Below, piece by piece: positions 59,401 through 64,000 of a DNA stretch of 64,000 nucleotides (the first letter of the stretch is position 1; the number at the start of each line of letters is the position of its first letter). The notes under the pieces are model-generated. The model did no database searches, had not been told where the DNA came from, and saw only the letters and a list, made by a program, of their open reading frames with translations. This DNA comes from Eledone cirrhosa (lineage: Eukaryota). The stretch is from contig OZ024759.1 of the NCBI GenBank assembly GCA_964016885.1, forward strand, positions 1,736,001-1,800,000, given 5' to 3'. A program made the translations under genes and the position numbers.

Positions 59401-62132
59401 GGTCTATATTAGTAACATGACACAGTCTATATTAGTAGCATGACACAGTCTATATTAGTAACATGATACAGTCTATATTAGTAACATGACAAAGTCTATA
59501 TTAGTAACATGACACAGTCTATATTAGTAACATGACAGTCTATATTAGTAACATGACAGTCTACATTAGTAACATGACACAGTCTATATTAGTAACATGA
59601 CAAAGTCGATATTAGTAACATGACAATGTCTATATTAGTAACATGACAAAGTCTATATTAGTAACATGACACAGTCTATATTACTAACATGACACAGTCT
59701 ATATTAGTAACATGACAAAGTCTATATTAGTAACATGACACAGTCTATATTAGTAACATGACAAAGTCTACATTAGTAACATGACAAAGTCTATATTAGT
59801 AACATGACAAGGTCTATATTAGTAACATGACACAGTCTATATTAGTAGCATGACACAGTCTATATTAGTAACATGATACAGTCTATATTAGTAACATGAC
59901 AAAGTCTATATTAGTAACATGACACAGTCTATATTAGTAACATGACAGTCTATATTAGTAACATGACAGTCTACATTAGTAACATGACACAGTCTATATT
60001 AGTAACATGACACAGTCTATATTAGTAACATGACAAAGTCGATATTAGTAACATGACAATGTCTATATTAGTAACATGACAAAGTCTATATTAGTAACAT
60101 GACACAGTCTATATTACTAACATGACACAGTCTATATTAGTAACATGACAAAGTCTATATTAGTAACATGACAAAGTCTATATTAGTAACATGACAAAGT
60201 CTATATTAGTAACATGACACAGTCTATATTAGTAACATGACACAGTCTATATTAGTAGCATGACACAGTCTATATTAGTAACATGATACAGTCTATATTA
60301 GTAACATGACAAAGTCTATATTAGTAATATGACAAAGTCTATATTAGTAAAATGACAAAGTCTATATTAGTAACATGACAAAGTCTTTATTAGTAACATG
60401 ACACAGTCTATATTAGTAACATGACACAGTCTATATTAGTAACATGACAAAGTCTATATTAGTAACATGACAAAGTCTATATTAGTAACATGACACAGTC
60501 TATATTAGTAACATGACACAGTCTATATTAGTAACATGACAAAGTCTATATTAGTAACATGACAAAGTCTATATTAGTAACATGACACAGTCTATATTAG
60601 TAACATGACACAGTCTATATTAGTAACATGAGACAGTCTATATTAGTAGCATGACAAAGTCTATATTAGTAACATGACACAGTCTATATTAGTAACATGA
60701 CAAAGTCTATATTAGTTACATGACAAAGTCTATATTAGTAACATGACAAAGTCTATATTAGTAACATGACACAGTCTATATTAGTAACATGACGAAGTCT
60801 ATATTAGTAACATGACACAGTCTATATTAGTAACATGACACAGTCTATATTAGTAACATGACAAAGTCTATATTAGTAACATGACAAAGTCTATATTAGT
60901 AACATGACACAGTCTATATTAGTAACATGACACAGTCTATATTAGTAACATGAGACAGTCTATATTAGTAGCATGACAAAGTCTATATTAGTAACATGAC
61001 ACAGTCTATATTAGTAACATGACACAGTCTATATTAGTAACATGACACAGTCTATATTAGTAACATGACACAGTCTATATTAGTAACATGACAAAGTCTA
61101 CATTAGTAACATGACAAAGTCTATATTAGTAACATGACAAGGTCTGTATTAGTAACATGACACAGTCTATATTAGTAGCATGACACAGTCTATATTAGTA
61201 ACATGATACAGTCTATATTAGTAACATGACAAAGTCTATATTAGTAACATGACACAGTCTATATTAGTAACATGACACAGTCTATATTAGTAACATGACA
61301 CAGTCTATATTAGTAACATGACAAAGTCTATATTAGTAACATGACAAAGTCTATATTAGTAACATGACACAGTCTATATTAGTAGCATGACAAAGTCTGT
61401 ATTAGTAACATGACAAAGTCTATATTAGTAACATGACAAAGTCTGTATTAGTAACATGACAAAGTCTATAGTAGTAACATGACACAGTCTATATTAGTAA
61501 CATGACAAAGTCTATATTAGTAGCATGACAAAGTCTATATTAGTAACATGACAAAGTCTATATTAGTAACATGACAAAGTCTATATTAGTAACATGACAA
61601 AGTCTATATTAGTAACATGACAAAGTCTATATTAGTAACATGACAAAGTCTATATTAGTAACATGACACAGTCTATATTAGTAACATGACAGTCTATATT
61701 AGTAACATGACAGTCTACATTAGTAACATGACACAGTCTATATTAGTAACATGACAAAGTCGATATTAGTAACATGACAATGTCTATATTAGTAACATGA
61801 CAAAGTCTATATTAGTAACATGACACAGTCTATATTACTAACATGACACAGTCTATATTAGTAACATGACACAGTCTATATTAGTAACATGACAAAGTCT
61901 ATATTAGTAACATGACAAAGTCTATATTAGTAACATGACAAAGTCTATATTAGTAACATGACACAGTCTATATTAGTAAAATGACAAAGTCTATATTAGT
62001 AACATGACACAGTCTATATTAGTAACATGACAGTCTATATTAGTAACATGACAGTCTACATTAGTAACATGACACAGTCTATATTAGTAACATGACAAAG
62101 TCGATATTAGTAACATGACAATGTCTATATTA
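56430..62132. repeat. Block duplication of about 2.1 kb at offset 3,572 (about 56430-58560 and 60002-62132)
   Basis: GTAATATG at 56752/60324, the G of CTATAGTAG at 57899/61471 and GTAAAATG at 58404/61976 are all 3,572 apart. Confidence 0.85.
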
Positions 62133-62155
62133 GTAGCATGACAAAGTCTATATTA

Positions 62156-64000
62156 GTAACATGACACAGTCTACATTAGTAACATGACAAAGTCTATATT
62201 AGTAACATGACACAGTCTATATTAGTAACATGAGACAGTCTATATTAGTAACATGACAAAGTCTATATTAGTAACATGACACAGTCTATATTAGTAACAT
62301 GACACAGTCTATATTAGTAACATGACAAAGTCTATATTAGTAACATGACACAGTCTATATTAGTAACATGACGAAGTCTATATTAGTAACATGACACAGT
62401 CTATATTAGTAACATGACACAGTCTATATTAGTAACATGAAAAAGTCTATATTAGTAACATGACAAAGTCTATATTAGTAACATGACAAAGTCTATATTA
62501 GTAACATGACAAAGTCTATATTAGTAGCATGACACAGTCTATATTAGCAACATGACAAAGTCTATATTAGTAACATGACACAGTCTATATTAGTAGCATG
62601 ACAAAGTCTGTATTAGTAACATGACAAAGTCTATATTAGTAACATGACAAAGTCTATATTAGTAACATGACAAAGTCTATATTAGTAACATGACACAGTC
62701 TATATTAGTAACATAACAAAGTCTATATTAGTAGCATGACAAAGTCTATATTAGTGACATGACAAAGTCTATATTAGTAACATGACAAAGTCTATATTAG
62801 TAACATGACAAAGTCTATATTAGTAACATGACAAAGTCGATATTAGTAACATGACAAAGTCTATATTAGTAACATGACACAGTATATATTAGTAACATGA
62901 CAGTCTATATTAGTAACATGACAGTCTACATTAGTAACATGACACAGTCTATATTAGTAACATGACAAAGTCGATATTAGTAACATGACAATGTCTATAT
63001 TAGTAACATGACACAGTCTATATTAGTAACATGACACAGTCTATATTACTAACATGACACAGTCTATATTAGTAACATGACACAGTCTATATTAGTAACA
63101 TGACAAAGTCTATATTAGTAACATGACAAAGTCTATATTAGTAACATGACAAAGTCTATATTAGTAACATGACAAAGTCTATATTAGTAACATGACACAG
63201 TCTATATTAGTAACATGACACAGTCTATATTAGTAGCATGACACAGTCTATATTAGTAACATGACACAGTCTATATTAGTAACATGACACAGTCTATATT
63301 AGTAACATGACAAAGTCTATATTAGTAACATGACAAAGTCTATATTAGTAACATGACAGTCTATATTAGTAACATCACACAGTCTATATTAGTAACATGA
63401 CAAAGTCTATATTAGTAACATGACAAAGTCTATATTAGTAACATGAGACAGTCTATATTAGTAACATGACTAAGTCTATATTAGTAACATGACACAGTCT
63501 ATATTAGTAACATGACACAGTCTATATTAGTAACATGACAAAGTCTATATTAGTTACATGACAAAGTCTATATTAGTAACATGACAAAGTCTATATTAGT
63601 AACATGACACAGTCTATGTTAGTAACATGACGAAGTCTATATTAGTAACATGACACAGTCTATATTAGTAACATGACACAGTCTATATTAGTAACATGAA
63701 AAAGTCTATATTAGTAACATGACAAAGTCTATATTAGTAACATGACAAAGTCTATATTAGTAACATGACAAAGTCTATATTAGTAGCATGACACAGTCTA
63801 TATTAGCAACATGACAAAGTATATATTAGTAACATGACACAGTCTATATTAGTAACATGACACAGTCTATATTAGTAACATGACACAGTCTATATTAGTA
63901 ACATGACAAAGTCTACATTAGTAACATGACAAAGTCTATATTAGTAACATGACAAGGTCTGTATTAGTAACATGACACAGTCTATATTAGTAGCATGACA
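62156..64000. repeat. Fifth, window-truncated copy of the 2.7-kb GTGACATG-marked block
   Basis: GTGACATG with G at 62756, followed by the same ordered markers (lone 21-mer plus CATCAC near 63348, CTATGTTAG near 63615, AAAGTATAT near 63817). It begins with the same monomer as the copy at 37221 (offset 24,935). Confidence 0.87.

Larger units (their letters stand above)
1..64000. repeat. 23-bp tandem satellite/minisatellite array, consensus GTAACATGACA(A/C)AGTCTATATTA, about 2,800 copies, single orientation, open at both window ends
   Basis: GTAAC recurs at 1, 24, 47 and so on (period 23) and the same unit continues to 64000. Only point variants and occasional 21/22-bp deletion units occur; no non-repeat sequence or reverse-complement units were seen. 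Confidence 0.99.

Noticed and set aside
1-64000. CRISPR array (a 23-bp, partly palindromic repeat is within CRISPR repeat size range)
   Set aside because: Repeats abut directly with no unique spacers, and there is no leader or cas gene in the window.
1-64000. Long repetitive protein-coding ORF on either strand
   Set aside because: The period of 23 cycles through all frames. The plus strand hits TGA/TAG/TAA and the minus strand (TAATATAGACTTTGTCATGTTAC) hits TAA/TAG within every 69 bp, so only tiny ORFs exist.
1-64000. Telomerase-made long telomeric repeat like the 23-bp Candida-type unit
   Set aside because: There is no G-rich strand or resemblance to known yeast telomere cores. The length and the inherited kilobase-scale variant blocks fit recombinational amplification rather than templated synthesis.
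1-64000. Pure technical artefact (rolling-circle or primer concatemer with random sequencing errors)
   Set aside because: Variants recur in the same order at constant multi-kb offsets and show nested history, which random error would not produce. Local misassembly of individual blocks cannot be excluded.
1-64000. Plasmid or phage iterons, or an array of recombination sites
   Set aside because: Such arrays have a few to tens of copies next to rep or recombinase genes or cassettes. Here there are thousands of copies and no intervening sequence.

Overview
The whole 64 kb window is one uninterrupted, head-to-tail tandem array of a 23-bp AT-rich monomer. The consensus is GTAACATGACA(A/C)AGTCTATATTA, with 6-7 G+C per 23 nt and about 2,800 copies (64000/23). 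The array runs off both ends. I see no unique sequence, protein-coding gene, RNA gene, mobile element, CRISPR spacer or inverted segment. It is best described as satellite/minisatellite DNA, probably eukaryotic (inference; the host cannot be identified from the sequence). The informative structure lies in the variants: a biallelic A/C site at monomer position 12, a limited set of recurrent point variants, and 21-bp and 22-bp deletion monomers. These form conserved multi-monomer cassettes and nested kilobase-scale duplications, with offsets of about 2.75 kb, 3,008, 5,634, 2,723, 8,585 and 3,572 bp measured from rare marker variants. The monomer is a quasi-palindrome whose loop centre is the polymorphic base. 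I found no evidence of a gene-encoded novel system. Block boundaries were read by eye and are accurate only to about one monomer.
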